This document shows positions 1 through 10,216 of a stretch of DNA of 64,000 nucleotides, piece after piece. A model generated the notes under the pieces. The model saw only the letters and a program-made list of their open reading frames with translations. It was not told the origin of the DNA and did not search any database. Source of the DNA: a virus; the IMG/VR virus record IMGVR_UViG_3300032242_001280; one strand, written 5' to 3'. Positions within the stretch are counted from its first letter, which is position 1; every line of letters begins with the position of its first letter. The position numbers and the translations under genes were made by a program.

Positions 1-1
1 A

Positions 2-1579
2 ATTGCAGCCAGCGCAAGCCAACCAAATATTACAACTGTTGGTACACTAGTAGGTGGAACTTGGAATTCTACTATTATTTCTCCTGCATACGGTGGCACA
101 GGCATTAATAATGACACCAATACCCTAACACTAACAGGCGGAAACTATACTCTTAACCAAGCCGTTACAAGTGGCGCATCACCTACTTTTGCTGCTACTA
201 ATTTTACTGGATCGAGTGGCATCACTGGTCTTGGAACAATCACCAGTGGTATTTGGCAAGGAACACTTATCGGACCAACCTATGGCGGTACTGGCGTAAA
301 CAATGGAACAAATACTTTAACGCTAAGCGGTAGCTATACGCTAAATCAATCGGTAGCAAGCGGCGCGTCACCTACATTTACTGCTACTAACTTTACTGGT
401 ACAAGTGGTATCACTGGTCTTGGTACAGTTACAACAGGTGCATGGAATGCTTCTCCAGTATATCCACAATTTGGTGGTACTGGCGTAAACAACGGAACAA
501 ATACGCTTACAATAAGCGGCGCAAGTCGTACATTGGATCAAAGTGTGGCTAGTGGCGCTGCACCAACATTTACTGCGACTAATTTTACTGGCGCAAGTGG
601 TATCACTGGCCTTGGTACTATCGCAACAGGTGTATGGAATGGTACTGCCATTGGTCCAACTTATGGTGGAACTGGTGTAAACAATGGCACAAATACTCTA
701 ACAGTGAGCGGTAACTATACTTTAAATCAAAGTGTAGCTAGTGGCGCTGCCCCAACATTTGCTGCTACTAACATCACTGGCGCAAGTGGCATCACTGGTC
801 TTGGTACTGTAACTGTTCCAATTGTTTCAAGTGCAAATATAACTGCACGAACCGCCAATGTGTATGCTGCATACAATGTTGCTAATACTGCTACGGTTAG
901 TGCTGCGTATTACTGGGCAAACGGTGTTTCATTGGGCGGCGGCACAGGCGGTGTAACAAGTGTTGCTGGTACTGGTAGTATTCTTGTTAGTGGTACGGGC
1001 AGTGGACCATATACTGGCGCTGTCACTATAGATACTATACAAGGTTTAGCTACTACTTCTACGCCAACATTCGCTGGTTTAACTGTGCCTTCTATTACTC
1101 ATAGCGGAACAAGCGGCACTGGTGATATTGGTGCGAGTGGAAATAAATTTGGTACTGTTTATGCAACTGCCGCAACTGCGCAATACGCTGACTTAGCAGA
1201 AAAATATGCAGCAGATGCTGTATATGAGCCAGGAACAGTAGTTGAATTTGGTGGAGAAGCCGAAGTCACTATTAGCGATACACCAAATTCAATACATGTT
1301 GCTGGTATAGTTTCTAGTAAACCAGCTTATCTTATGAATGATGATTTAGAATCCGAATACATTGTATCTCTTGCACTTGTTGGTCGTGTTCCTTGTAAAG
1401 TAATTGGACCTGTTCGCAAAGGCAACATGATGGTTAGTGCTGGAAATGGAATGGCAAAGGCATTTGTTCCAGATATGTTGAAGTCCCAACCAGACATGGG
1501 CAGCGTATTAGGAAAAGCATTAGAAAATATTAATGATGATAGTATTCAAACAATAGAAATCGTAGTCGGCGTAAGATAA
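2..1579 (+). CDS. Tail fibre/tailspike-like protein (5' truncated by window) with ~63-64-aa Gly/Thr repeats and C-terminal Peptidase_G2-like intramolecular chaperone domain
   Basis: Frame is open from nt 2 (IAASASQPNITTVG...), so the TTG at 533 is internal. Contains GGTG[IV]NN repeats; C-terminus ATAATAQYADLAEKY...YEPGTVVEFGG...ALVGRVPCKV...LGKALE matches the autocleaving chaperone domain of phage fibres. Confidence 0.8.
   Translation: MAASASQPNITTVGTLVGGTWNSTIISPAYGGTGINNDTNTLTLTGGNYTLNQAVTSGASPTFAATNFTGSSGITGLGTITSGIWQGTLIGPTYGGTGVNNGTNTLTLSGSYTLNQSVASGASPTFTATNFTGTSGITGLGTVTTGAWNASPVYPQFGGTGVNNGTNTLTISGASRTLDQSVASGAAPTFTATNFTGASGITGLGTIATGVWNGTAIGPTYGGTGVNNGTNTLTVSGNYTLNQSVASGAAPTFAATNITGASGITGLGTVTVPIVSSANITARTANVYAAYNVANTATVSAAYYWANGVSLGGGTGGVTSVAGTGSILVSGTGSGPYTGAVTIDTIQGLATTSTPTFAGLTVPSITHSGTSGTGDIGASGNKFGTVYATAATAQYADLAEKYAADAVYEPGTVVEFGGEAEVTISDTPNSIHVAGIVSSKPAYLMNDDLESEYIVSLALVGRVPCKVIGPVRKGNMMVSAGNGMAKAFVPDMLKSQPDMGSVLGKALENINDDSIQTIEIVVGVR
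92..812 (+). repeat. ~4 tandem coding repeats of 189-192 bp in the tail fibre
   Basis: GGTG codon blocks start at 92, 284, 473 and 665 (spacing 192/189/192). Unit: GGTGVNNGTNTLT..G.YTLNQSVASGA.PTF.ATNFTG.SGITGLGT..TG.W. Confidence 0.9.
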
Positions 1580-1589
1580 AGGAAATAAT

Positions 1590-1988
1590 ATGTCAAGTTT
1601 ATCAGTAGCATTTTATCAACATGATGATGAAGAAATACCAGCACAAAGTATTGTTGTTTTTGGCGGTGAAAGAGATGTAACAATCAGCACAACTTCACAC
1701 GATCCTCGTGTCGCAGGTATTGCAATTGATCCTACAGCAGATGCTGAATTAACGCTTACTAATTTTGGGCTAAACGCTTGTTCAACTTTTGCTGTTATGG
1801 GAGTAGTTCCATGCAGCGTTCAAGGACCAATTTCAAAAGGCGATTGCGTAGTCACTAGTAGCATTGCTGGTGTTGGAGAAAAACTTGATCCAAAGAAATA
1901 TGTGCATGGATGCATTCTAGGCAAGTCAATTGAAAATATCCAAGATAACAGTATTCAAATTATTCAGGTTGCGGTTGGAATTAAATAA
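1590..1988 (+). CDS. Stand-alone Peptidase_G2-like tail fibre chaperone domain
   Basis: VVFGGERDVTIS...VAGI...MGVVPCSVQGPISKGD...ILGKSIENIQDNSIQIIQVAVG aligns by eye with the C-terminal domain of the upstream fibre; AAGGA RBS. Confidence 0.7.
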   Translation: MSSLSVAFYQHDDEEIPAQSIVVFGGERDVTISTTSHDPRVAGIAIDPTADAELTLTNFGLNACSTFAVMGVVPCSVQGPISKGDCVVTSSIAGVGEKLDPKKYVHGCILGKSIENIQDNSIQIIQVAVGIK

Positions 1989-2010
1989 ATACAACCGTGG
2001 GAAATAAAAT

Positions 2011-2943
2011 ATGTCGTATTTAAGTGGCGGATTAATACAGTTAGCTGACTATAACAGTCGTATTACTGGTATTAATAATCTTTGGAGCACAGGTAGCGGC
2101 TCAAATGGATATGGTCAAACTGCACTCGGCAGCGCCAGCGCCAGTAGCATTGTAACTGCTACTCAATGGACAACACTTATAAGCACGATGTCTACCATGC
2201 AACAACATCAGTTTAATAATACTACTGGTGTTCCTGCATCTCCATCAGCAGGTAGTATTATTACATATTTGAGTGCAGTAGACACTGAAATCAGTTCACT
2301 TATTACTAATAAGTTGACTACCGCAGCAGCAGGTACAAGCTTATCTAATGCGGCAACAAATGCATCATCTTGGGATGGTCACGCTACTCGTACATTTGTT
2401 CTTACCTTTCCAAGTGCTGACCAGCTTCGTTATTTCTTCAACGCTGGCGGTTATGTTCAACTTAATTTTACTGGAACATCGCTTAGCGGAAATACAAAAA
2501 GCACTTATTGGAATACTTTCTTGACAAGTGGGTTTGGAACATATACTTTAAAAGCAACTTCTTCAAGTTATACTGGAACTGGTTTTACTCCAACTACAAA
2601 CTTAACTGGTAGCGGTTATTATAATCTTTCCAACAATGCGTTTACTACTCTTTTCAAGATGCTTGATAGTCCAAGTTCCGTCGATTATATTAATAACTTT
2701 GTTCAAGTTGATTTTGCTGGTGGTGGAACTTCAACAAACGGTGGTTTTGGTGCAACTCTCATTGCCAATGTTACCCTCAGAGATGCTGCTGCCGATGTGG
2801 TAAATGACCAAGTTACAGGAACACTTACTTGTAATATGGTTGTTGTTCCGCCATGGGATACAACACATAATGCTGGAAAAATAGCAAACTCTTGGGGAAC
2901 ATATACATTAGTTTCTAATGTTAATACCCAAGGCGTATATTAA
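2011..2943 (+). CDS. Putative virion structural protein (Ser/Thr/Gly-rich)
   Basis: Composition, position beside fibre genes, and ATAAATA late-type motif at 1985-1991. Confidence 0.55.
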   Translation: MSYLSGGLIQLADYNSRITGINNLWSTGSGSNGYGQTALGSASASSIVTATQWTTLISTMSTMQQHQFNNTTGVPASPSAGSIITYLSAVDTEISSLITNKLTTAAAGTSLSNAATNASSWDGHATRTFVLTFPSADQLRYFFNAGGYVQLNFTGTSLSGNTKSTYWNTFLTSGFGTYTLKATSSSYTGTGFTPTTNLTGSGYYNLSNNAFTTLFKMLDSPSSVDYINNFVQVDFAGGGTSTNGGFGATLIANVTLRDAAADVVNDQVTGTLTCNMVVVPPWDTTHNAGKIANSWGTYTLVSNVNTQGVY

Positions 2944-2946
2944 TAA

Positions 2947-2975
2947 TTGACATTTTTTAATCATTATATTATAAT
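2947..2975 (+). promoter_or_regulatory. Consensus sigma70 promoter of the glycosyltransferase/radical SAM operon
   Basis: TTGACA (2947-2952), 17 bp, TATAAT (2970-2975); ATG 6 nt downstream suggests a leaderless mRNA. Confidence 0.85.
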
Positions 2976-2981
2976 TTTAAT

Positions 2982-3329
2982 ATGAACACAGAACAATTGC
3001 GCGATGCAGCCAGAGTAGCGTATGATCGTGAACTGGCAAAACAAAATATCAATACTGCCATAGAATCACGAATGACCGTAAATTATAATGGCGGTATGTT
3101 TATTGTAACCCAAGAACTTATTGCTTTCTTAAATGCTTGGCTGCCAACTCCAAATCTTTCACTAAATTCTGATGGCAAAATTTATATGATGGATGCCTAT
3201 GATGTTCCAGTTAAAGTTCTTCCATACGAACTATTGCACATTTGTCAACGCCGTTGGTATGAAGTAATGAACGAGTTTGCAGCAGAATACTCAGATTTTA
3301 CAAAGATTCGTAATGCAAAACAACTATGA
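2982..3329 (+). CDS. Hypothetical protein
   Basis: 115-aa ORF directly after the promoter; overlaps the next gene. Confidence 0.7.
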   Translation: MNTEQLRDAARVAYDRELAKQNINTAIESRMTVNYNGGMFIVTQELIAFLNAWLPTPNLSLNSDGKIYMMDAYDVPVKVLPYELLHICQRRWYEVMNEFAAEYSDFTKIRNAKQL

Positions 3330-4074
3330 AGGTTGTCTTATTGTTGCGTTTGATACAAAAGAAATCAATTATACGCAACAGGCAATTGAAGCTGCCAATC
3401 GAGTTAAGAAATATATAGGCATCCCTGTTACCATTGTAACAGATGATGAGACATTAGATTATAATAAAATAATTGTTGAACGACCAGTCAACAATAAACG
3501 AGGGTTCATAAACAATCCTCCACGCGATTGGTATAATCTTGTAAGAACTCAGTTATATGATTTAACGCCGTATGATCGTACTCTTGTAATTGATAGTGAT
3601 TTTTATATTTCAACAAGCTCGTTATTACCACATATTAAATCTTCTCGTGATTTTTTAATAGCAAAAGAAATATATGACATAGCGCGAGGCAAAACAAAAA
3701 TTGAAAAGATACACAGCAGTCCTATACCTATGTATTGGGCAACTATAATGATTTTTAATAAATCTAGTGAAGCTGCGACTATATTTGAAATGGCAAAAAA
3801 TATTCAAAAACACTATGCATATTATGCTTCGCTATATGGGTTTCACACAAAACCTGTTAGAAATGATTATATTTTTAGTATTGCTTGTCATTTAACAGGT
3901 GGTTATGGATTACGAGATTATGGATTAAAAAATTATCCATTAATAAACTGTGATGCTAGATCAGAATATGTTAGTTGGAAAGATAATAAGTTAATCTATT
4001 ACTATGAAGGTAACCAATGGATAAACCGCTTATCTAATGTTGATTTACATTTGATGAATAAGGACCAAATATGA
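3313..4074 (+). CDS. GT-A fold glycosyltransferase (GT8-like)
   Basis: LTPYDRTLVIDSDF (DxD), WATIMIFNK, RND, LHLMNK; ATG at 3313 preferred over TTG at 3277. Confidence 0.7.
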   Translation: MQNNYEGCLIVAFDTKEINYTQQAIEAANRVKKYIGIPVTIVTDDETLDYNKIIVERPVNNKRGFINNPPRDWYNLVRTQLYDLTPYDRTLVIDSDFYISTSSLLPHIKSSRDFLIAKEIYDIARGKTKIEKIHSSPIPMYWATIMIFNKSSEAATIFEMAKNIQKHYAYYASLYGFHTKPVRNDYIFSIACHLTGGYGLRDYGLKNYPLINCDARSEYVSWKDNKLIYYYEGNQWINRLSNVDLHLMNKDQI

Positions 4075-4913
4075 GTCAGGGCTACCTTTGTATCGCACAG
4101 AATAGTAGTAGCGTTGATTATCTTCGCATGGCATATCTTCAAGCATTAAGTTGTAAGTTGACACAATCACATGTGCGCAATTTTAGTGTTATTGTAGACA
4201 AAGAAACCGCAGAACAAGTCACAGATAATCAACGAGAAGTATTTGATAAAGTTATTATTCTTAAAAAAGATTTAGCTGAAAATAGTAAAATAAAACAGCA
4301 AAACGAATCGCAGGTATTTGCTTGCAGTCCATATAAAGAAACCATAAAAACAGAAGCAGATATGTTATTTACATGTGATGTAAGTTGGTTATGGAACATA
4401 TATTCGCAATATATAATGAATTTTACGCAAACCGTTTATACATATAACCATGATATAATTACTAATCGCAGTCAACGAAAATTGTTTGATGATAGTTTTC
4501 TGCCAAACATCTATAGCGCATGGACATACTTTAGCTATGATTTGCAATCTAAGAAATTTTATGATACAATACGCATGATAATGGATGATTGGAATTGGTA
4601 TAGAGATGAATATCTAATAAACTGTAGATATGAAACTCCTAGAACAGACGAAGTATATGCAATAGCTGCTCGTGCTATGAATGCGCCACTTGATAATATA
4701 AATTTTGGATTTGTTCACATGAAATCACAGTTACAAAATATTCGAATACATGATTGGACTAAAGAAATATATACAGAAGTTCATGATGATTTTGGGGTAG
4801 TGTTAGGATTTCATCGGCAAACGCGACCGCTACACTATCATCTTAAAACATTTGTAACCGATGAATTAATAGATAGATATGAGTATGGCTTCAAAAAACA
4901 ACTTTTGGGATGA
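4071..4913 (+). CDS. GT-A fold glycosyltransferase (GT8-like), paralog of upstream gene
   Basis: SPYKETIKTEADMLF (ExD variant), PNIYSAWTYF, RTD, FVHMK. Confidence 0.65.
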   Translation: MSQGYLCIAQNSSSVDYLRMAYLQALSCKLTQSHVRNFSVIVDKETAEQVTDNQREVFDKVIILKKDLAENSKIKQQNESQVFACSPYKETIKTEADMLFTCDVSWLWNIYSQYIMNFTQTVYTYNHDIITNRSQRKLFDDSFLPNIYSAWTYFSYDLQSKKFYDTIRMIMDDWNWYRDEYLINCRYETPRTDEVYAIAARAMNAPLDNINFGFVHMKSQLQNIRIHDWTKEIYTEVHDDFGVVLGFHRQTRPLHYHLKTFVTDELIDRYEYGFKKQLLG

Positions 4914-5238
4914 AGTAGACGCAGGTTTAGCAAAGTTAGTTCCGCATATTTCTGAAATAAAATATCGTTTATATTATAATACAGAAACTATGCGCGGTGA
5001 AATAATATCTGCGGATGAATTGGAAGGTCCGTGGGTAGATTTTCCCGCTGAAAATATCGGTATACCACCTATGGATTGGCTTGTTAAAAAAGATGGCACT
5101 ATCACACGAGAAGTGTTTACTCTTCCAACTAGAAAAAAATTAATAAAAGGCGGCACTATGTTTTATACACTTAAAAATGATTATCAATTTGCAGTAGATG
5201 CAGATTATCCAGCAGCAATAGGATGGTATTATGACTAA
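4879..5238 (+). CDS. Hypothetical protein
   Basis: 119-aa ORF overlapping both neighbours within the operon. Confidence 0.65.
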   Translation: MSMASKNNFWDEVDAGLAKLVPHISEIKYRLYYNTETMRGEIISADELEGPWVDFPAENIGIPPMDWLVKKDGTITREVFTLPTRKKLIKGGTMFYTLKNDYQFAVDADYPAAIGWYYD

Positions 5239-6169
5239 TATCATTGACATTGCAGAATTAGATTGTATATTTTTAAGTTATAAAGAACCAAATGCAGACG
5301 CTAATTGGGCATTTGTGCGAAGCATTGCGCCATGGGTAAAGCGCGTCCATGGCATAGAAGGCAGTGATGCAGCACACAAGGCTGCTGGATTAGCCAGTGA
5401 AACTGATAGATTTATATTAATTGATGGAGATAATCAGCCTGATCCTGAATTTTTTAATCAACAACTGCGCCTTGCACCAGATAGTGAACACTGTGTATTT
5501 CGTTGGCGAGCAAAGAACGCTATCAACGGTCTTTGCTATGGCAATGGCGGTATCAGCAGTTGGACTAAAGACTTTGTTGCTAATATGCGAACACACGAAG
5601 CTACAGATGGCGGCGATGAAACCGTTGTAGAATTCTGCTATGATAAAGATTATTGGGCAATGCATGATGTATGGAGCACAACTGTTCCAAATTATAGCCC
5701 ACAACAAGCATGGCAAGCAGGATTTCGTGAAGGAGTTAAGTTATGTCTAGATCGCGGTCGTCGTCCATCTGCTGAAGAATTTGAAACTGCTGCATGGAGG
5801 GGTAATCGAGAAAATTTGGTTATTTGGTGCAGTGTTGGTACAGATGTTGAATTTGGAAAATGGGCAATCCTTGGAGCAAGACAAGGCGCATATATGACAA
5901 TGTTTGATGATAGTTGGGATTATCGTGAAGTTCGTGACTTCACAAAATTAGAAAAATTATGGGACGATACCGCAGATGATCAATTTAAAAATATTGACCA
6001 TTACGGAAATGTTTTGCGTAAAAGATTAGATTTAGACATCGTTACACTTTCGCCAGAGCACAGTGCTTGGTATAAAAAACATCAACGCCCATATTATAAC
6101 ATTGATATTATGCTTCCAGAGCGAGATTTTATTAGGACATTACATGAAACAGCTAGACAATTCAGGTGA
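5231..6169 (+). CDS. GT-A (GT2-like) glycosyltransferase
   Basis: FLSYKEPNA..RVHGIEGSDAAHKAA..SETDRFILIDGDN (DxD), NGLCYGNGG, AWQAGFREGVKL. Confidence 0.65.
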   Translation: MTNIIDIAELDCIFLSYKEPNADANWAFVRSIAPWVKRVHGIEGSDAAHKAAGLASETDRFILIDGDNQPDPEFFNQQLRLAPDSEHCVFRWRAKNAINGLCYGNGGISSWTKDFVANMRTHEATDGGDETVVEFCYDKDYWAMHDVWSTTVPNYSPQQAWQAGFREGVKLCLDRGRRPSAEEFETAAWRGNRENLVIWCSVGTDVEFGKWAILGARQGAYMTMFDDSWDYREVRDFTKLEKLWDDTADDQFKNIDHYGNVLRKRLDLDIVTLSPEHSAWYKKHQRPYYNIDIMLPERDFIRTLHETARQFR

Positions 6170-7574
6170 TAAGGCTACCGCTGATGAGAGCGGCGTTCTG
6201 CACAGCGACTTCATGTCTAGTGCCGAACAAATGCAAGCAAAGCTTGGACCTGCTCTTTGCTTGGCAAAGTGGCAGCAAACAAGTTTGCACCTAACAACTG
6301 GTCATACCAACAGTTGTTATCACCCACCACTGCACAGGATTGATGCCAATGAGTTACAAGATAACCCCAGTGCGCTCCATAACACCGCTCATAAAAAGAC
6401 CCAGAGAGCACGAATGCTTAGTGGAGAGAAGCCAGAAGAATGTTCATATTGCTGGCGAGTTGAAGCCACGGGAAACCTATCCGACCGACATTACAGATCG
6501 GGAGAACCTTGGGCTGCTGAGAAGTTTAGCGAGATTTTGGTTCAAGACCCTCTAACATGGAATACAAATCCTGCTTATGTAGAAGTAAATTTTAATAGTG
6601 CTTGTAATTTAAAATGTTCATATTGTAGTCCACAATTCAGCAGTAGTTGGATGAAAGAAATCAATGAATACGGTGCTTATCCTACTTCTAATAGTCATAA
6701 TAGTCCTGCTTACTTTCGTGGTGATCGTAAACCTATACCGAATAGGGAAGATAATCCTTATGTCGATGCGTTCTGGCGATGGTGGCCCGAACTCTACCCT
6801 AACCTAAAACATTTCCGCATGACAGGTGGCGAGCCTCTTATGGATCGCAATACCTATCGCGTATTTGATTATGTGTTAGACCATCCAAAGAAAGATTTAC
6901 ATCTTAATGTAACTAGTAACTTTAGCCAAGATGAATATGTGTTTGACAAATATCTAACTTATGTCAATCATATGTGTGGCAACGGTGTGTTAGAACATTT
7001 TATGCAGTTTGTATCTATTGATGGATTTGGGGAACGCGCCGAATATGCTCGTCATGGATTAGATTTTGCTTTAATGAAAAGTAATGTAGAAAAATTTTTG
7101 ACCGATGTGCCTTATCGCAATAGTGTAACATTTATTATTACAATGAACTCTCTTAATGTTACTAGCTTGCAAGATTTGCTAGAATGGATTCTTGAACTTC
7201 GTGCTAAACACAGCAAAACTTATCAGCGTGTTTGGTTTGATACTCCTATTTTGCGCGAACCAGCTTGGCAATGCATAGATCAGTTGCCACAAAGTTATAC
7301 TTGGAAATTAGAAAAAATTGTAGAATGGATGCGTCCACAGATTGAAACTCTTGATACTAGATTTAATGGCTTCAAAGATTATGAAATTTCTAAGTTACAA
7401 CGAGTCGTAGATTGGAAACGCGATAATCAAAAGAACGATACTGTTGTTCAAGCAGATTTCTATCGTTTCTTTAATGAACATGATGCTCGTCGTAAGACAA
7501 ATTTTCTTGAAACATTTCCAGAAATGAGCGATTGGTATAACAACTGTAAGTATTGGGCAGATAATGCGAAGTAA
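6144..7574 (+). CDS. Radical SAM protein with N-terminal twitch domain (RS1)
   Basis: CNLKCSYC, TGGEP; N-terminal CLAKW..SCYH..ECSYCW; ATG 6144 preceded by AGGA. Confidence 0.9.
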   Translation: MKQLDNSGDKATADESGVLHSDFMSSAEQMQAKLGPALCLAKWQQTSLHLTTGHTNSCYHPPLHRIDANELQDNPSALHNTAHKKTQRARMLSGEKPEECSYCWRVEATGNLSDRHYRSGEPWAAEKFSEILVQDPLTWNTNPAYVEVNFNSACNLKCSYCSPQFSSSWMKEINEYGAYPTSNSHNSPAYFRGDRKPIPNREDNPYVDAFWRWWPELYPNLKHFRMTGGEPLMDRNTYRVFDYVLDHPKKDLHLNVTSNFSQDEYVFDKYLTYVNHMCGNGVLEHFMQFVSIDGFGERAEYARHGLDFALMKSNVEKFLTDVPYRNSVTFIITMNSLNVTSLQDLLEWILELRAKHSKTYQRVWFDTPILREPAWQCIDQLPQSYTWKLEKIVEWMRPQIETLDTRFNGFKDYEISKLQRVVDWKRDNQKNDTVVQADFYRFFNEHDARRKTNFLETFPEMSDWYNNCKYWADNAK

Positions 7575-8919
7575 GAAACCAGACGAAACATTTCAAGAAT
7601 ATAAACAGCGTGTGTTAGATAGCAAAAGTGCATCTTTTTGTGGCGCTAAGTGGTATAATGCAACCATTTGGTTAGGCAGTGGACAGACCACAAGCTGTCA
7701 TCACCCGCTGCCACATAAAGTAAGTGTAGAACAGGTAATGAATAATCCTGCTGCGCTGCATAATACACCAGAAAAGAAAGCACAGCGTCTACAGATGCAA
7801 AAGGGTGAACGACCAAGTGGTTGTGAATATTGCTGGCGCATAGAAGATACTAGCACAACTACCATCAGTGATCGCCCTTATAAAAGTATGATATTCAGCG
7901 AGGAAGAGTTAAATGAAGCATTTAACCTCCCAAGTGAAAGTGATGTAAATTTAAGAACATTGGAGATAGCTTTTGACCGCACTTGCAATTTTGCCTGCTC
8001 TTATTGTAATCCTGCATTTAGCACGACCTGGGTCCGAGATATTAAGACGAATGGCAGTTATATCGGGCTTCACAGCGATGGGCGTAATCATTTTACGCAT
8101 CCTCATGATGGCAGTCAGCTTTATGGATATACCGATACTAATCCATATGTAGAAGCATTCTTTAAATGGTGGGAAAGTGATCTACACAAGACTCTTCGTG
8201 AGTTGCGTATTACAGGCGGTGAACCGCTTATGAGCGGACATACTTGGAAACTACTAGATTGGTTTAAAAACAATCGCGGCAAAAGCAATACTAAGATTGC
8301 CATCAATAGCAATCTTGGATTAGAACCAAAGAAACTTGACGAATTTATAGATGCTGTTCGTGGAATGGATATCGAAGTTTATACCAGTTGTGAAAGCATG
8401 ACTGCCCAAGCTGAATATATTCGTGATGGTTTAAATTATTATCAATGGTTTGACAATATGGTCAAACTACATAGCAGCGGTTCAGTAAAGCAACTGCATG
8501 TAATGGCAACTATTAATGGGCTATGCTTAACCAAACTTCCTGATTTTCTTGCGCATATGTTAGATTTTAAACAAGCATATGGTCGTGATAGTTTAACAGT
8601 TACTCTTAATATCTTGCGGTTTCCAAGTTTTCAGAGTCCATTAGTTATGCCTGTAGAAATTAAACAAGGGTGTGCAACAAGGTTGCAACAATTTTTAGAT
8701 AGTCTTGGCGATAACCATTGGTTGCATCAAATGGAGATAGAACATATTAAGCGTCTTATAGAATACTTAAATAGTACTGAAGCGCCGCATGCTGGTGCTA
8801 GTTCCATGGATGTATTGCAGAAAGATTTTAAACAATTCTATCAACAATACGACCAGAGGCGCAACAAAGATTTTATTAATACATTCCCAGAATTGAAAGA
8901 ATGGTACAATGACTTATGA
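7564..8919 (+). CDS. Radical SAM protein with N-terminal twitch domain (RS2)
   Basis: CNFACSYC, TGGEP; N-terminal CGAKW..SCHH..GCEYCW. Confidence 0.9.
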   Translation: MRSKKPDETFQEYKQRVLDSKSASFCGAKWYNATIWLGSGQTTSCHHPLPHKVSVEQVMNNPAALHNTPEKKAQRLQMQKGERPSGCEYCWRIEDTSTTTISDRPYKSMIFSEEELNEAFNLPSESDVNLRTLEIAFDRTCNFACSYCNPAFSTTWVRDIKTNGSYIGLHSDGRNHFTHPHDGSQLYGYTDTNPYVEAFFKWWESDLHKTLRELRITGGEPLMSGHTWKLLDWFKNNRGKSNTKIAINSNLGLEPKKLDEFIDAVRGMDIEVYTSCESMTAQAEYIRDGLNYYQWFDNMVKLHSSGSVKQLHVMATINGLCLTKLPDFLAHMLDFKQAYGRDSLTVTLNILRFPSFQSPLVMPVEIKQGCATRLQQFLDSLGDNHWLHQMEIEHIKRLIEYLNSTEAPHAGASSMDVLQKDFKQFYQQYDQRRNKDFINTFPELKEWYNDL

Positions 8920-10216
8920 TTACAATGACCGAACACCAGAATTTATTAGCTTAAATAAATTAACAGAAAAAGAAAAATTTTTACTTATGGAAAGTAAAAC
9001 TTTTTGTATGTTGCCTTGGACACATCTTCATGCATTTCCTACAGGACAAGCATATGTGTGTTGCAATTCTGAAATGAAATATCCAATTGGTAATTTGCGG
9101 GAATCTACAATAAAAGAAGTGTGGAACAGCGATTCCATGAAAAAAACTAGAACTAACATGGTCACTGAAACTAAATGTGGTTCGTGCGTGAGGTGTTACG
9201 AGCAAGAAGACGCTGGTTTTTTTAGTATGCGCAATAGTAGTAATAAAAGATTCGGGCATAATATTAAGCGTGTTGATAAAACACTAGAAGATGGGCATCT
9301 TGAAGATTTAACTTTATCATATTGGGATATTCGTTTTTCAAATTTATGTAATTTTCGATGCCGTAGCTGTGGTCATATTTTTAGTAGCAATTGGTATGAT
9401 GACCAAGTTAAACTGATAGGAGATGAAAAAAATGTTGATTATTTTAAAAAAAATAGTAAAAGAATAGAATACGCTGGAAGAACTCAATTAGATATATGGG
9501 AACAATTAGAACCACATTTAGATTATGTTGAACACATTTATTTTGCTGGCGGTGAACCACTTATAATGGAAGAACATTATAAAATTCTCAATGCATTATT
9601 AAAAAAAGGAATGAATAAGGTTAGGCTTATTTACAATACCAATTTCAGTGAACTTCGCTACAAAAAACAAAATGTTTTAGAGTTGTGGAATGAGTTTTCT
9701 AATGTTTGTGTAGGGGCCAGCCTTGATGCAATGGGTCCGTTGGCAGAATTAATGCGTAAAGGCACTGATTGGGAACAAACTGAGCGCAATCGTGAAGAAA
9801 TGTTGCGAATATGTCCGCAGGTTGATTTTTATATTAGTCCTACCCTGAGTGTAATGAATGTTTGGCAACTACCAAGTTTTCATCGTGATTGGGTACAGAA
9901 AGGTTTCATAAAACCACAAGATTTAAATGTTAATATTTTGCAAGACGCACCTTTCTTTAGGATTGATATATTGCCAGATCAATGCAAAGTAGATATTCAA
10001 GAAATGTATTTAGAACATATTGAATGGCTTAAACCGCTTGATAATTTAAAAAGAGCCGTGACTGGCTTTGAAAGTGCAGTTAACTTTATGATGGCAGATG
10101 ACAAATCACATCTTATACCACAATTTTGGGCTAGAACGAATAAATTAGATAGTATTCGTGGAGAAAAATTGTTAGACCTTGTTCCAGAGTTAAGGAATCT
10201 TGATGGAAAAAAATAA
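8909..10216 (+). CDS. Radical SAM protein with N-terminal twitch domain (RS3)
   Basis: CNFRCRSC, AGGEP; N-terminal CMLPW..VCC..IGNL..CVRC. Confidence 0.9.
   Translation: MTYDYNDRTPEFISLNKLTEKEKFLLMESKTFCMLPWTHLHAFPTGQAYVCCNSEMKYPIGNLRESTIKEVWNSDSMKKTRTNMVTETKCGSCVRCYEQEDAGFFSMRNSSNKRFGHNIKRVDKTLEDGHLEDLTLSYWDIRFSNLCNFRCRSCGHIFSSNWYDDQVKLIGDEKNVDYFKKNSKRIEYAGRTQLDIWEQLEPHLDYVEHIYFAGGEPLIMEEHYKILNALLKKGMNKVRLIYNTNFSELRYKKQNVLELWNEFSNVCVGASLDAMGPLAELMRKGTDWEQTERNREEMLRICPQVDFYISPTLSVMNVWQLPSFHRDWVQKGFIKPQDLNVNILQDAPFFRIDILPDQCKVDIQEMYLEHIEWLKPLDNLKRAVTGFESAVNFMMADDKSHLIPQFWARTNKLDSIRGEKLLDLVPELRNLDGKK

Noticed and set aside
92-812. Fibre repeats as the TR/VR pair of a diversity-generating retroelement
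   Set aside because: They are in-frame tandem repeats with mostly synonymous, not adenine-specific, differences; no reverse transcriptase in the window.
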